DNA from: Candidatus Daviesbacteria bacterium GW2011_GWA1_41_61
Lineage (GTDB): Bacteria > Patescibacteriota > Microgenomatia > Daviesbacterales > UBA10151
DNA length: 64,000 bases
NCBI GenBank assembly: GCA_000997385.1
Contig: LCBT01000002.1
Coordinates: forward strand, 6,315-70,314
Reading direction: 5' to 3'
The stretch's first letter is position 1, and each line of letters starts with the position of its first letter. This document shows, piece after piece, positions 37,576 through 48,201 of this stretch. Both the position numbers and the translations under genes were made by a program. The notes under the pieces were generated by a model. That model was not told where the DNA came from, ran no database searches, and worked only from the letters and a program-made list of their open reading frames with translations.

Positions 37576-39456
37576 TTAAGAAGCTTTTTTCTTATCGACG
37601 ATTGCTTCAAACTCATCAGCATCGAGAGTTTCTTTTTCTAATAAGGCTTTGGCTACCTTATCCAACTTTGATTTGTTAGCCCGTAAGATATCTTGGGCTT
37701 GAGTGTAAGCTGTATCAATAATCTTTTTAATCTCGGCATCAACCTTGGTTTGCATGGTCTCCGAAACCCCATTTCCTTCTTCCGGCAACTGTGGCCACAT
37801 TCCAAACATACTCTGAGGTTTAACGTTAATCGGCCCTAAATCCGACATGCCATATTCTGTCACCATATCCCGGGCAATATTGGTAGCTATCTGAAGGTCC
37901 GAGGCAGCTCCGGTGGAAATATCTCCAAAAACCATCAACTCGGCGGCCTGTCCTCCTAAAGCGGCAGTAATCTGTTCTACTAAACGGGATTTTCTTTCAT
38001 TGGAGCGGTCTTCCGTGGGAGGAAACATGGTGTGTCCCCCGCTCATCCCCCGGGCCACAATGCTAATACGGTGGACCGGGTCAACTTTAGGCAACAGATG
38101 CCCTACCAAAGCATGCCCTGCTTCATGATAAGCCGTCAGCTTCCTATCTTCTTCTGTTTGCATCCTCTTTCTTTGCGGACCAAGTTTAACTTTAGTAGCA
38201 GCTTCTTCTAAATCACGAGCATCAATGGCTTTCTTATTCTCCCGGGCTGCCAAAATAGCTGCCTCATTTAACATGTTAGCCAAGTCTGCTCCGGAAAAGC
38301 CCACTGTACGTCTGGCCAATCTATCCACATCCACCTCTGAGGTAAAGGGCTTGCCCTTCATGTGAAGCTTGATAATAAACTTTCTTTCTTCAATATCAGG
38401 TAGATTTAAAACCACCCGTCTGTCAAACCTGCCGGGCCTAACCAAAGCTGGATCAAGTAAATCCGGCCTGTTGGTTGCCCCGATAACAATGACATGATCA
38501 TTGGGGGTAAAACCATCCATCTCCACTAAAATTTGGTTTAGAGTCTGTTCTCTTTCATCATGACCTCCGGACATGCCAAAACCCCGCATCCTACCGATTG
38601 ACTCAATTTCATCGATAAAGATAATTGATGGAGCAGCTTTTTTAGCTTGGGCAAACATGTCACGGACCCTGGCAGCCCCCACTCCGACCAACATCTCCAT
38701 AAACTCTGATCCGGCAATGGAGAAAAAGGGTACTTTGGCCTCGCCTGCAACTGCCCGCGACAAAAGAGTCTTTCCCGTTCCGGGTGGTCCCACCAACAAC
38801 ACCCCTTTAGGGATTCTGGCTCCAATATCTTTGTACTTTTTAGAGTTTTTTAGAAAATCCACCACCTCTTCCAACTCTTTTTTAGCCTCCTCTACTCCAG
38901 CTACATCGGAAAATCTAATTTGGGATTGATCTTTAGAAAAAACTTTGGCCCTGGATTGACCAAAAGCAAAGATTCCCTGACCGGCATCTCTGGCTTGTCT
39001 AAAGATAAGGAAGAAAAACCCGACCATTAAGGCAATGGGTAAGATGGTCCCCAAAAGTGAGAGCCACCCTTGTTGCCAGGAGGTGTCTTTGACTTCAATA
39101 GTCACTGATTTAGGATCAACTTCAGCATTTTTTAAGACTTGGTAGATAGATTCCCCGCCCTCTTTGCGGGAAAAAGCTTCCTGGTCAGAGTCTTTATAAT
39201 CCACATTGATCCGGTCATTTTCCAAAACTAACTTATCCACCTTGCCTTCTTTGACATCAGTCACTACTTGAGAGATAGGGACCTCATTACTGGGCTTACC
39301 TCCACCTGAAAGGTTAACGAAAAAGATTAAGGCTGCCAGGCCTACTAGGATATAAACTATTAAACCTTTGAAGACATTAAACATCTTTTTAGAACCATTT
39401 TTGGGATTTAATTTTATTTTACCGTTTACCATAGTTTGATACTGTTTCATGGGCAT
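37576..39456 (-). CDS. ftsH: ATP-dependent zinc metalloprotease FtsH
   Basis: N-terminal TM helices, AAA Walker [17 protein letters not shown] region, and HEAGHAL zinc motif. Confidence 0.8.
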   Translation of the reverse strand: MPMKQYQTMVNGKIKLNPKNGSKKMFNVFKGLIVYILVGLAALIFFVNLSGGGKPSNEVPISQVVTDVKEGKVDKLVLENDRINVDYKDSDQEAFSRKEGGESIYQVLKNAEVDPKSVTIEVKDTSWQQGWLSLLGTILPIALMVGFFFLIFRQARDAGQGIFAFGQSRAKVFSKDQSQIRFSDVAGVEEAKKELEEVVDFLKNSKKYKDIGARIPKGVLLVGPPGTGKTLLSRAVAGEAKVPFFSIAGSEFMEMLVGVGAARVRDMFAQAKKAAPSIIFIDEIESIGRMRGFGMSGGHDEREQTLNQILVEMDGFTPNDHVIVIGATNRPDLLDPALVRPGRFDRRVVLNLPDIEERKFIIKLHMKGKPFTSEVDVDRLARRTVGFSGADLANMLNEAAILAARENKKAIDARDLEEAATKVKLGPQRKRMQTEEDRKLTAYHEAGHALVGHLLPKVDPVHRISIVARGMSGGHTMFPPTEDRSNERKSRLVEQITAALGGQAAELMVFGDISTGAASDLQIATNIARDMVTEYGMSDLGPINVKPQSMFGMWPQLPEEGNGVSETMQTKVDAEIKKIIDTAYTQAQDILRANKSKLDKVAKALLEKETLDADEFEAIVDKKKAS

Positions 39457-39500
39457 TTTAACACAGAAAGGCTCAAAAAACTAGGAGATTGAGTACAATT

Positions 39501-39821
39501 TCAGCGTAGTTTAGTGCCAGAGGTAACCTTGGAGATGGGTTTTATAAGGACAGGTTTACTACTGTCTGCTGCCAAGATCATCCCTTGAGACTGAAAGCCC
39601 ATCATAGTTCTAGGCTCCAAGTTAGTCACAAAAACAAATTGCTTTCCTACTAAAGCTTGAAGTTTGTACCATTGCTTTATCCCGGCTAAAATCTGCCTAG
39701 GGTTCTCTTCACCTAAATCTACCTTAAGTTTGATCAGCTTTTCTGAGCCTTCCACCTCTTCAGCTTCCAAAACAGTACCAACTCTTAACTCTACCTTAAT
39801 AAAATCATCAAAATTGATCAT
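39501..39821 (-). CDS. tRNA-binding domain protein (CsaA/Myf/EMAP-like OB fold)
   Basis: VGTVLEAEEV...KLKVDLGEE...GMIL pattern of the tRNA-binding OB domain. Confidence 0.5.
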   Translation of the reverse strand: MINFDDFIKVELRVGTVLEAEEVEGSEKLIKLKVDLGEENPRQILAGIKQWYKLQALVGKQFVFVTNLEPRTMMGFQSQGMILAADSSKPVLIKPISKVTSGTKLR

Positions 39822-41068
39822 ATAGCCCGTGATCTTATCATTAAAGCAAAGTTTTTCATCTCTGTTCGCATATATTCCCAGTCAGGGTTCATCTTTCTGA
39901 TTAATACTACTGATTCTAAAGGATAAACTCTACCCCCGTCTATATCAATACAAGACATCCAGTCCGTAATCTCTTCAGTTTTCTCCATGGGCGCATAAAC
40001 CGCCTTTAATTTGGATTGTAAATCTATGACATGCTCGGTCCGGAAATTAGCTTGACCACTCTTCTCCCTTCTTACAATCGGTAGATCTGTAAACCCAAAT
40101 ACCACCGGAAAGGGAGGCTCTGTCGAAGGAACAGGATTCAACATTAATTCAACTAGCTCCTCTTCTATCAACTTTTTTCTTTCTAACCACTCCCCTAAAC
40201 TATGCTTGGCACTATAATGACCATTATAAATCTCTTCCGGTCGGTCAAGAACACCCTGCCAATAACTTATCATTTGTTCTGTTTTAGCCAGTTGATCCCT
40301 TATCTTCTCCGGGCTCTGATGAAAATAGTCACAGCAAAGATCAGCATAAGTCTCGCCTGCCTCAAACCATTCACTTACAGATATCCCCTCGTTGGAGGCA
40401 ACTCTGGCGCTAGCGCCACCCTTTAATCCCTCACCAGTCCTTCTAGTAATACCTCTCTTCAACAATTCAGCACGAGAAAGAATTTTCCCTCCAAATTCCT
40501 CGATACCTGCTAAGGAAGTCGAGGATGTTCCCTGATAACTTTCTGACAAGAAACCATAGTTAGGGAGACGTAGTAACTCTCTTGCTTGTCTTATTATTTT
40601 TTGATCATTGCTATTCCCATTTTGCAAAGATTCCTGTTCCGCTCGCGCAAGCAAAGCGTCTATCACGATTTTTTGTAAACTAAGACTTTCTGTCCAAGCC
40701 ATCTCCCACTTTGAGGGCGTTCTCTCCCCAGTCCGAGGTTTATAACCCTCCCACCCAGGAGGTGATTCACCCCAACCTGGTGGGTTTGGCACTACTCTAT
40801 CCATAAATCTTCTTGTTAAATCCGCTAAATTATCTTCATGAATATCAAATTTGTCTGGAAAAACTGCAGCTAATCTTTGTAGGGCCAAAGAAATTTCCCG
40901 CCCATTAAAATCGTCATACTCCGCTTTGGTGATATCGCTATTAACTGCTGATAAATATAAACTAAATAAGAGATCAGCCTGATTGTGATTAAGGTCTTCA
41001 CTTTTGGAAAATTCCAGTGGTGTTAAGACTGAAGCTGATTGTTCTCTAGCCTCAACATCATTGTCCAT
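39818..41068 (-). CDS. hypothetical protein (416 aa)
   Basis: ORF only; PPGWGESPPGWEGY Pro/Gly/Trp repeat. Confidence 0.3.
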   Translation of the reverse strand: MDNDVEAREQSASVLTPLEFSKSEDLNHNQADLLFSLYLSAVNSDITKAEYDDFNGREISLALQRLAAVFPDKFDIHEDNLADLTRRFMDRVVPNPPGWGESPPGWEGYKPRTGERTPSKWEMAWTESLSLQKIVIDALLARAEQESLQNGNSNDQKIIRQARELLRLPNYGFLSESYQGTSSTSLAGIEEFGGKILSRAELLKRGITRRTGEGLKGGASARVASNEGISVSEWFEAGETYADLCCDYFHQSPEKIRDQLAKTEQMISYWQGVLDRPEEIYNGHYSAKHSLGEWLERKKLIEEELVELMLNPVPSTEPPFPVVFGFTDLPIVRREKSGQANFRTEHVIDLQSKLKAVYAPMEKTEEITDWMSCIDIDGGRVYPLESVVLIRKMNPDWEYMRTEMKNFALMIRSRAI

Positions 41069-41076
41069 AACTTAAT

Positions 41077-42084
41077 TCACTCGAAGTAATTGAGCTTCAT
41101 GGCTTTTTTGACTTCCTCTAAAGTTTTTTGGGCTTCAGCTCTGGTTTTTTGGGTTCCTTCCTTTAGTATTTTCTTCACCAACCCTGGTTGAGATTCAAAC
41201 TGCACCCTTCTTTTTCTGATAGGATCTAGGAAATTATTTAAAACTTGGGCCAGGTACTTTTTAACCTCAATATCACGAACTTTACCTATCATATAGCGAT
41301 TTTTATATTCGTTAATTTGAGCATTATCTTCTTCTGTACCAAAAGCATCCAGATAAATAAACACCGGATTTCCTTCTATATGCCCGGGGTCAGTCGGATG
41401 AATTCTAGTGGGGTCAGTGTACATACTCATCACTTTTTTCTCTACCTCTTGGGCAAAATCAGATAAATAAATGGCATTATTTAAAGACTTGGTCATTTTG
41501 ACATTACCATCAATACCCACTAAACGTTTGACCCTCCCCACTTTACCCTCTATTTCTTTTAAAGTGTTCCCATAAACCTGGTTAAACCTTCTAACCACCT
41601 CGTTAGTTAGCTCCAAATGCGGTAACTGATCCTCACCTACAGGAACTAAATCTGCCTGAACACTTAAAATATCGGCAACTTGCAGTAGCGGAAAGTTAAT
41701 AAATCCTAAGGAATAATTATCACCCAAATTTTTATCTTTAATTTCTTCTTTAATAGTCGGGTTACGCAAAGCTCGATTATGAGTCACTAACATACTCAAA
41801 ATAGTGGCCAGTTCGTAAATTTCCGGGACTGCTGATTCCGGGAAAAAAGTCACATTATCTGGATTTAGGCCAACTGCCAAGTTGTCCAGAAGAACCTCTT
41901 TGGCTGAAGCATTAATCACCTCTGGGTTTTCTACATACTTAGGATAAGCAAAAGAGTGCATATCCGCTAAAACAATGAACGTTTCATACTCGTCCTGCAG
42001 CTTCACTCTATTTTCCAAAGAGCCAACATAATGCCCCAAATGAAGCTTACCCGTAGTATTGTCTCCAGTTAAAATCCTTTTCAT
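41077..42084 (-). CDS. trpS: tryptophan--tRNA ligase
   Basis: Class I HIGH (TGKLHLGHY) and KMSKS (VKMTKSLNN) motifs. The size (335 aa) is typical of TrpRS. Confidence 0.65.
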   Translation of the reverse strand: MKRILTGDNTTGKLHLGHYVGSLENRVKLQDEYETFIVLADMHSFAYPKYVENPEVINASAKEVLLDNLAVGLNPDNVTFFPESAVPEIYELATILSMLVTHNRALRNPTIKEEIKDKNLGDNYSLGFINFPLLQVADILSVQADLVPVGEDQLPHLELTNEVVRRFNQVYGNTLKEIEGKVGRVKRLVGIDGNVKMTKSLNNAIYLSDFAQEVEKKVMSMYTDPTRIHPTDPGHIEGNPVFIYLDAFGTEEDNAQINEYKNRYMIGKVRDIEVKKYLAQVLNNFLDPIRKRRVQFESQPGLVKKILKEGTQKTRAEAQKTLEEVKKAMKLNYFE

Positions 42085-42141
42085 AGTAGGTAGAATATAT
42101 CACTATTTAGATAGGTTTGTCGAATCCTGCAAGAAGGTGAC

Positions 42142-42597
42142 TCAGAATCTTAGCTTATTATTCTTTAAACTAAAAATATCCCCTCCTGAAGTGGTACCCT
42201 CGTAAGCAATTTTATCACCCTGATTTCTACTTAACAGAACTTGAGCTATTTTACTCAATTCCTCCATTGAGTACTGGCTGAGCATCGTTTTCAAAGCCCT
42301 TGATAGTGGATGATCTTCACTTAAACAATCCTCGTCCCCTTCATCTTCTTCTGCTGGAATAAACTCCCACCTTCCCACGCTGCCTCCCAATTTCAGAACT
42401 TCAAGAGGCACAAATACGATATCTCCTTTATGGCTGCCAATCATCTTAAGCATAACCTGCTTGTTACCTTGATCGTCTGTAATCACAGCTTTGGGTTCAA
42501 AAAGCGTCCGACTTACTACCTGACCTCCTTCTTGCCCTCGAGCCTCAATGAAACCTTTAAAACCACTTTCTCTAGTTATTTTAAACTCTCTTTCCAT
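42142..42597 (-). CDS. hypothetical protein
   Basis: ORF only. Confidence 0.3.
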   Translation of the reverse strand: MEREFKITRESGFKGFIEARGQEGGQVVSRTLFEPKAVITDDQGNKQVMLKMIGSHKGDIVFVPLEVLKLGGSVGRWEFIPAEEDEGDEDCLSEDHPLSRALKTMLSQYSMEELSKIAQVLLSRNQGDKIAYEGTTSGGDIFSLKNNKLRF

Positions 42598-42700
42598 AAT
42601 TTCAAAAAAAGAATCCCCAAAGGGATTTATAATATTTTTCTATTATAGCATCTTTTGTCTTAAAATCAAGCCAAAATTAAGCTATAGTAAAAATTACTTG

Positions 42701-42774
42701 TAGCAGGGGTGGGAGTCGGACCCACGGTCTAGGGGTTATGATTCCCTCGCTTTAACCAACTAAGCTACCCTGCC
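42701..42774 (-). tRNA. tRNA-Met(CAT) (elongator Met or Ile2/lysidine type; no encoded CCA)
   Basis: Cloverleaf GGCAGGG/CCCTGCT acceptor, D-arm GCTT..AAGC, anticodon loop AUCAUAA, and T-arm GTGGG-TCCGACT-CCCAC. Confidence 0.6.
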
Positions 42775-42813
42775 GTAGGCTCAATTGTACCAGATGAAGA
42801 GGTTTTTAGAAAG

Positions 42814-43149
42814 TCATTGAGGAATTTGACCGGTTTGTTTAATTTTTGCTACCTCTTCATTCAGCTTTTGTTCCAAAACTTGGGCTAACCCCGGAATTTG
42901 AGCTGCAAAAAGGCTAATCTTTTCCTCCATTTGGGGGCTCTCCGGATCCAAAGCCTCCAGCTGGCTGATCTGTTCTTCATTTAAATTATCAATAGTGGTA
43001 TCCAGTATCACTTGATAAAAATGATTATAAAGTTTATTGTTCATCTCTTCTTGTTGTTGTAAAGAGACCATATTAAAAGCTGGAGAACTCAGAACTTGAG
43101 TGACTAAACCGTCAATATATTCATCAATATTTTTTTCAAGAAGATTCAT
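42814..43149 (-). CDS. hypothetical acidic protein
   Basis: ORF only. Confidence 0.3.
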   Translation of the reverse strand: MNLLEKNIDEYIDGLVTQVLSSPAFNMVSLQQQEEMNNKLYNHFYQVILDTTIDNLNEEQISQLEALDPESPQMEEKISLFAAQIPGLAQVLEQKLNEEVAKIKQTGQIPQ

Positions 43150-43159
43150 AAATTTATTA

Positions 43160-45007
43160 TTAAGCTGCTTTTTTAACTAAATTCAAGGCTACGTCTTTAA
43201 ACTCTTTAGTAATCTGCAGTTTCGTACCTATTGGGATAAAGCGGGCATCTTTCCCTGGAATACCTGCTCCCCAAGAATAACCGTTATCAGCACAAAGTTT
43301 GGGGTTGGCCTGGCGGATTATCTCATTCCACTCCCCCTGAGGAGGTTTAGGAATATTTAACTGCTTAAAAAGCTTAGTCATTATCTCATCAGTTTCATTC
43401 CAAGGATTTGATCCAGCTTCAACTTCCACAAAATCACCAATGTCCGCAACTTTGAACAACTCCACAGAATTACCAGTTAAATCGCCAAAGGCTCCCCCCA
43501 AAGAGTCAGTAACCGGTTCTTCTACTCCCAGGCTTTTGGCCACAGCTTGAGAATACCTGGCTACGGTTTTAGCTTCCTCAGCGTCGAAATGCTCCCCATA
43601 AACAGTGACACCAGCATCTTTTGAGGCAGCATCATTCAACTGCCCAGAAAGATTACCCAAACGTTTGGTCAGACCCTGAAGTTTATTTTCAGCTTCTGCC
43701 AGTTGGGCTTTGGTCTTGGCAAGCTCATCTTTCACCTCATTTAACGTTTCCGATTGTTGTACTGCGTCACCAACTTTTTGGACGACGCCATCTAGATTAT
43801 CCAGCCTTCCCCCGCTAATTTCGTTAATCCCTCGTCCTGCACCTTCCCAAGCTCCCCCTGCCCAGTTAGAAATATCCTTGACTCCCGAGACTCCTCTTAG
43901 AAAATCTAATGTTATACCATGCTCCTCTAAGAAAGCAGCGATCAGTGGTGAGAAAGCTCCACCTACAACCCCCATGGCTGCCCCTTTAGCAGCAGCAACA
44001 GCTAATTTTTTCTTACTTTTCACCGTAAACAGCTTTTCTTTGAGGCTTACTTTTCTCAACTCCAGTTCTGCTTCTCCTGCAGCTCTCCGCGATATATTTT
44101 CTTCTTTAGCTCTTTTCCACTCAGCTTTAACCTCTCCTCTAAACTCCATCAACTGACGGAAATACTCTACGGCAAAGCCAGAGGCTGCTCCTATTCCAGC
44201 TCCTACTACTGCTCCTCCGGCTAGACCGCCTCCCACAAATCCAGCTACTCCAGCCCAAGATAAAATTGTCCTGGCTGCCATCCTTGTCCCCCCACCAACA
44301 ACCCTACTTACAATAAATTCACCCGCTGGATTTCCAAAGATCTTCATGCCTCCCAACCGATCAGTCACTCTATTTAAGAGGCCTAATTTCAAACCCAGCC
44401 TTTTGCTTCTCTCCGGATCTGTTTGGATCCATTCCCTGGCCCAAGCCTCATCACCCTCAAGCCTAACCTCTTCCCCATTTTCTAAAACTACATTTAACTC
44501 TTCCGGATTTAAAATACCCCTCTCTGCCCGATCCATGACCACCTCTCTTATAGCTTCCAAATCAATTGGAGCCATAATAGCCTCAAGTCGCCTTACCAAT
44601 TCATGGTTTGGCTCAAACCTACCTTCGACAATTTGTAAACAGACATCCCGATAACCTTCTTTCAATTCCTTGACCACCATCTCATGTTTTTGTGCTTCGG
44701 TGAATTTAGAGGACCCATATGGATTTGTTTCCTCAAATATAGGAGCAAGACGTAATCTTACTTCCTCTTCTCCGCTAATTTTATAATTAATGTCTCCCCT
44801 CATATGTCTCATATGTACTGTATGGTCTCTTTCTCTTTTTAATTGAGTTCCTGTCTCACGGAAGCTGTTTGTTCGGGCCTCAAGATATCTTTCTTGCTCC
44901 TCCCTACTGGCTTTCCTGGTTCCGGGATTAGGAATATCAAGAGGTATACCTCTGGCGAAATCAGCTGAGGCTCTTAACTGAGCTAATTGTTCTGGAGTTA
45001 GTGCCAT
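43160..45007 (-). CDS. hypothetical 615-aa protein with Gly/Ala-rich hydrophobic segments, coiled coil and C-terminal LysM-like region
   Basis: Gly/Ala-rich hydrophobic segment GVAGFVGGGLAGGAVVGAGIGAASG, and a C-terminal ...IIRQANPKL...IPIGTKLQI LysM-like pattern. Confidence 0.3.
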   Translation of the reverse strand: MALTPEQLAQLRASADFARGIPLDIPNPGTRKASREEQERYLEARTNSFRETGTQLKRERDHTVHMRHMRGDINYKISGEEEVRLRLAPIFEETNPYGSSKFTEAQKHEMVVKELKEGYRDVCLQIVEGRFEPNHELVRRLEAIMAPIDLEAIREVVMDRAERGILNPEELNVVLENGEEVRLEGDEAWAREWIQTDPERSKRLGLKLGLLNRVTDRLGGMKIFGNPAGEFIVSRVVGGGTRMAARTILSWAGVAGFVGGGLAGGAVVGAGIGAASGFAVEYFRQLMEFRGEVKAEWKRAKEENISRRAAGEAELELRKVSLKEKLFTVKSKKKLAVAAAKGAAMGVVGGAFSPLIAAFLEEHGITLDFLRGVSGVKDISNWAGGAWEGAGRGINEISGGRLDNLDGVVQKVGDAVQQSETLNEVKDELAKTKAQLAEAENKLQGLTKRLGNLSGQLNDAASKDAGVTVYGEHFDAEEAKTVARYSQAVAKSLGVEEPVTDSLGGAFGDLTGNSVELFKVADIGDFVEVEAGSNPWNETDEIMTKLFKQLNIPKPPQGEWNEIIRQANPKLCADNGYSWGAGIPGKDARFIPIGTKLQITKEFKDVALNLVKKAA

Positions 45008-45167
45008 AAACTTACTTTACTTTCTATAGTAAGGAAGTATAAGCTAAAAAGTCAAATTTGTCAATACTATGGGGTCTAATTTATTAACTATTATTTGCCC
45101 CATTTACAAGAATAATTACAAATCTACTCTCTAATTTACTATAATATATCTTATACAAAGGTAATTT

Positions 45168-46691
45168 ATGGGGCGTGAAGGAGAACAAAGAGAAGACAGA
45201 GACAAATCACCTGAGGAGCGGGCAGAAATTACTGACCGCATATTGAGGTCAGCAGAGAGTGGGAGTTTAACTCCTCCCATCTTTGTCTCTAATGCTCAAA
45301 GATTACTCGAAGTTAGTAAAGGTGCTGATGAAGTTAAAACTTATTTACAAACAGTTATAGGTATAACTGAGCTTGCTCCTCAAGTTCAAGACATTTTAGT
45401 TGATTTACTACTCCAAAGCTGTGAAGCAGGACAAATAGCAAAGATCAGAAAACATTACCAGACTTTTCAAACTTTAGGCTTAGATCAAAAGCCAGAAGTG
45501 CAACAGTTTTTAGTAACAGTTAAACGTATTTTCCCGGATGTTGAGGCTCCTTCAGGAACACCTGACAGCGCCCCCACTCCTACCCACCCTCAGGTGAGGT
45601 ACCGCCGTATCAGTAGAAGAGCAGTGATCTTGGGAGGGGTTGGTCTGTTTGCAACGGCCATATTAGGAGGATTAGGAGGGAAAGCAGCTTCAGATACGAC
45701 AGAAGCTATGGCTACGGCACAACAAGCATCTTCTGCAAACCCAGCTCCAACTCCACCAAAAGATTTAGGAGAAATAGCCCCTGCTGCCGAGATTCTCCCT
45801 CCTCCTAACCCCCATTTAGGGATCCGTAACGATATTGTCGAGATCATGGAATGGGTTCCCCGCTTGGGTGCCACCAGCATCCGTATTGATGGCGGAATGA
45901 GCGAAACTTTGGCAGGAGAGCTGAAAGATTATAAAGTAAGAAGCCTTCTTAACAAAGCCAAAAAGATGGATTTAAATGTCCTCTATGTTTTCAACCCTCA
46001 GGGTTTACTGACTCCGGAGGAAATAGAAAGAAGGTTAGAAACCATTTTAACTTCAGGAGCCAAGATTACTGTCGAGTTGGGAAATGAGCCGGATGTGGAA
46101 GTGATCGATAAGAGCGGGTTAGATATTGATTATTGGAGAGGAGATATGACCTCCTTTGCCCAATTTATAGCTGCTGCCCTCCAATCTGTTAAGAAACTAA
46201 AAGCCTCCGGAAAAATTCCTCCTGAAACAAAATTAGTAGTGGCTGCTCCCCTAAAAGAAGAGAACCTCAAAATTGTCATCCAGCAACTTAAAAACCGAGA
46301 ATTAAACCCCTCTGATCTAACTTTCGCTGTCCATGCTTATCACACTCCGGAGGAGGTCAAAAGGGTGGCTGAAATGATTAAAAGGAACACCGGGGGCAAG
46401 TTAATGTTTACAGAAATCGGCGTAGATAGCGTAGGAGATAGTAGCAAAGAAAAAAATGTTGAAAATTTAATCAAGATGTATGAGACAGCTCGAGTTTACA
46501 GTCAAGAGCCAATTTTCATTCATGAGCTTCCCTTCCACCAACCAGACCCAGTAACAGGGGAAGGGTTTGGTTTTATTAAGCTAAACGGTCGAGGAGGCAC
46601 TCCCTTACCTACCTTTAATGCCTTAAAAGAAGGAACAAACAATAACGTTGAAAAAGCATTGGAGGCCCCAAAAGCTACTGCTAACCCATAA
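45168..46691 (+). CDS. membrane-anchored GH5-like (TIM-barrel) glycoside hydrolase with N-terminal cytoplasmic domain
   Basis: VELGNEPD (acid/base NEP), HAYH, and FTEIGVD (nucleophile Glu) motifs in the GH5 order. There is a TM helix at ~aa 150. Confidence 0.4.
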   Translation: MGREGEQREDRDKSPEERAEITDRILRSAESGSLTPPIFVSNAQRLLEVSKGADEVKTYLQTVIGITELAPQVQDILVDLLLQSCEAGQIAKIRKHYQTFQTLGLDQKPEVQQFLVTVKRIFPDVEAPSGTPDSAPTPTHPQVRYRRISRRAVILGGVGLFATAILGGLGGKAASDTTEAMATAQQASSANPAPTPPKDLGEIAPAAEILPPPNPHLGIRNDIVEIMEWVPRLGATSIRIDGGMSETLAGELKDYKVRSLLNKAKKMDLNVLYVFNPQGLLTPEEIERRLETILTSGAKITVELGNEPDVEVIDKSGLDIDYWRGDMTSFAQFIAAALQSVKKLKASGKIPPETKLVVAAPLKEENLKIVIQQLKNRELNPSDLTFAVHAYHTPEEVKRVAEMIKRNTGGKLMFTEIGVDSVGDSSKEKNVENLIKMYETARVYSQEPIFIHELPFHQPDPVTGEGFGFIKLNGRGGTPLPTFNALKEGTNNNVEKALEAPKATANP

Positions 46692-46695
46692 CCTT

Positions 46696-47439
46696 TTACC
46701 CTTCCAGCAGTTGAGTAAAAATCCAAAGGATGACTATTCCTAAAACAAAAGGTAATGTTTGAACCCAGCTTTTTTGTTTTTCAAAATCTTTGTGCAGTTC
46801 AGGAATTAAATCTGAAGAGGCAATATAGATAAACATCCCGGCAGTAAAAGCAAGAAGAAGTGGTAACATTGCCTCCAGCTTTTCTAAAAAATAAAACCCT
46901 ACCACTGCTCCGAGCAAAGCTGTCAGCCCGGAGATAAAATTAAAGACCAAGGCCCTAACCTTACCTAAGCCCCCATGGACTAAGATACTAAAATCAGCAA
47001 TCTCTTGAGGCACCTCATGGGCGGCAATAGCTAAAGTAGTTAAAAAACCCAGAGCAGGGTTTACTAAAAAGGTGGCAGCTATCCCCACCCCGTCAATAAA
47101 GTTGTGGACCCCGTCCCCCACCAAAATTAAAATTACAGTTGGGCTAGCATCATGAGGGGAATCATGATGATGAAACCAAACCACAAACCTTTCTAAAAAA
47201 AAGAAAGTTAAAAGACCTAAAAGAGCAGGAACAAAGATATTAGCTTCTGTTGAAGCTTTCAACGCTTCAGGTAAAAGATCGAGGAAAGCCACTGCCAACA
47301 TTGTCCCCGCCGCGAAGCTGACTAAATAGGCGGTTATCTTTTGGGTACCAACCTTTCCCCAAAACAGAAGTATTCCTCCCACAAAAGAGACTAGGCTGAT
47401 AAATAAACTGGCCAAAATAATGGATAAAAGGGTTGGCAT
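46696..47439 (-). CDS. zupT: ZIP family zinc transporter (ZupT-like)
   Basis: HHHD His-rich loop plus GVHNFIDGVGIA and HEVPQEIADF ZIP signatures. Confidence 0.6.
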   Translation of the reverse strand: MPTLLSIILASLFISLVSFVGGILLFWGKVGTQKITAYLVSFAAGTMLAVAFLDLLPEALKASTEANIFVPALLGLLTFFFLERFVVWFHHHDSPHDASPTVILILVGDGVHNFIDGVGIAATFLVNPALGFLTTLAIAAHEVPQEIADFSILVHGGLGKVRALVFNFISGLTALLGAVVGFYFLEKLEAMLPLLLAFTAGMFIYIASSDLIPELHKDFEKQKSWVQTLPFVLGIVILWIFTQLLEG

Positions 47440-47585
47440 ATATAAATGGTATTATTCTTTCTTTTCATAAGCAAGAGCGCTTAAGAAGGTGGTGATGGAT
47501 ACAGCTAAAATTAAATCAATTAATCTTAGGACATAGCTAGAGAATCAGCGAAGATCCTCGGTCCAATACCCAGCATTAACAAAAA

Positions 47586-47610
47586 GACCACCCATAAAGG
47601 GTGGCTTTTT
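47586..47610 (-). terminator. hairpin plus T-tract terminator immediately after tRNA-fMet (also reads as a terminator on the + strand)
   Basis: ACCACCC-ataaa-GGGTGG followed by CTTTTT on the plus strand. The reverse complement likewise gives a stem followed by a T-run. Confidence 0.4.
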
Positions 47611-47616
47611 GATTAA

Positions 47617-47688
47617 GTTGCGGGGGTTGGATTCGAACCAACGACCTTCAGATTATGAGCCTGACGAGCTACCACTGCTCTACCCCGC
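47617..47688 (-). tRNA. initiator tRNA-fMet(CAT), no encoded CCA
   Basis: CGCGGGG...CCCCGCAA acceptor with a C1·A72 mismatch. Near-identical to the E. coli initiator in the acceptor, D and T arms, with anticodon loop CUCAUAA. Confidence 0.6.
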
Positions 47689-47739
47689 GGTAACTTAGGT
47701 ATTATACACCCCCAGCTTGATTAATCAAAGCCCTCGATC

Positions 47740-48093
47740 TTACTTCCAGAACAACTTCATCCAGCCTTGCCAGTAGGGCTCTATAATTTTTTGGACCTCC
47801 TCCTTGACCCCTAAAACCTTATCTAGCTCTTCCTGAGGGATAATCACCACTGTCTCCCCTGCCCTGGACCAGCCTAATTTATTCCTGGTTTGCTGTTCTA
47901 TAAAAGATAAAGACTGAACCTCAGTTAACTTTTTTTTAAGTTCAGAATTTTTCTTCTCTAAGTTAACCAACTCTTCTGCCTCCTGCTCTAACCTGCCACT
48001 GACCTGTAATGACTCATAAATCTGTACTCCCAAACTGTAGAGTATTCCTATAATGAATATTAAAATTAAGACAATAAAGATTTTTTTAGGCAT
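47740..48093 (-). CDS. septum formation initiator family protein (FtsB/DivIC-like)
   Basis: N-terminal TM helix plus a coiled coil. ...KNSELKKKLTEV...EQQTRNKLGW matches the DivIC/FtsB pattern. Confidence 0.45.
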   Translation of the reverse strand: MPKKIFIVLILIFIIGILYSLGVQIYESLQVSGRLEQEAEELVNLEKKNSELKKKLTEVQSLSFIEQQTRNKLGWSRAGETVVIIPQEELDKVLGVKEEVQKIIEPYWQGWMKLFWK

Positions 48094-48123
48094 ATTTCCC
48101 TCCTTTACATTTAACCTATAATT

Positions 48124-48138
48124 GTGATAAAATCACAC
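48124..48138. promoter_or_regulatory. perfect palindrome TGTGATAAAATCACA in divergent promoter region (candidate operator)
   Basis: Lies between the divergently transcribed ftsB-like and recombinase genes. Confidence 0.2.
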
Positions 48139-48201
48139 TATAGTTTTATCATGATTACACTCTAATCTGTTAAAATTAAACTATAAAATTACCTTAAATC
48201 T

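Noticed and set aside
42085-42141. T-box leader upstream of trpS
   Set aside because: The intergenic space is only ~57 nt, far too short for a T-box riboswitch (~250 nt).
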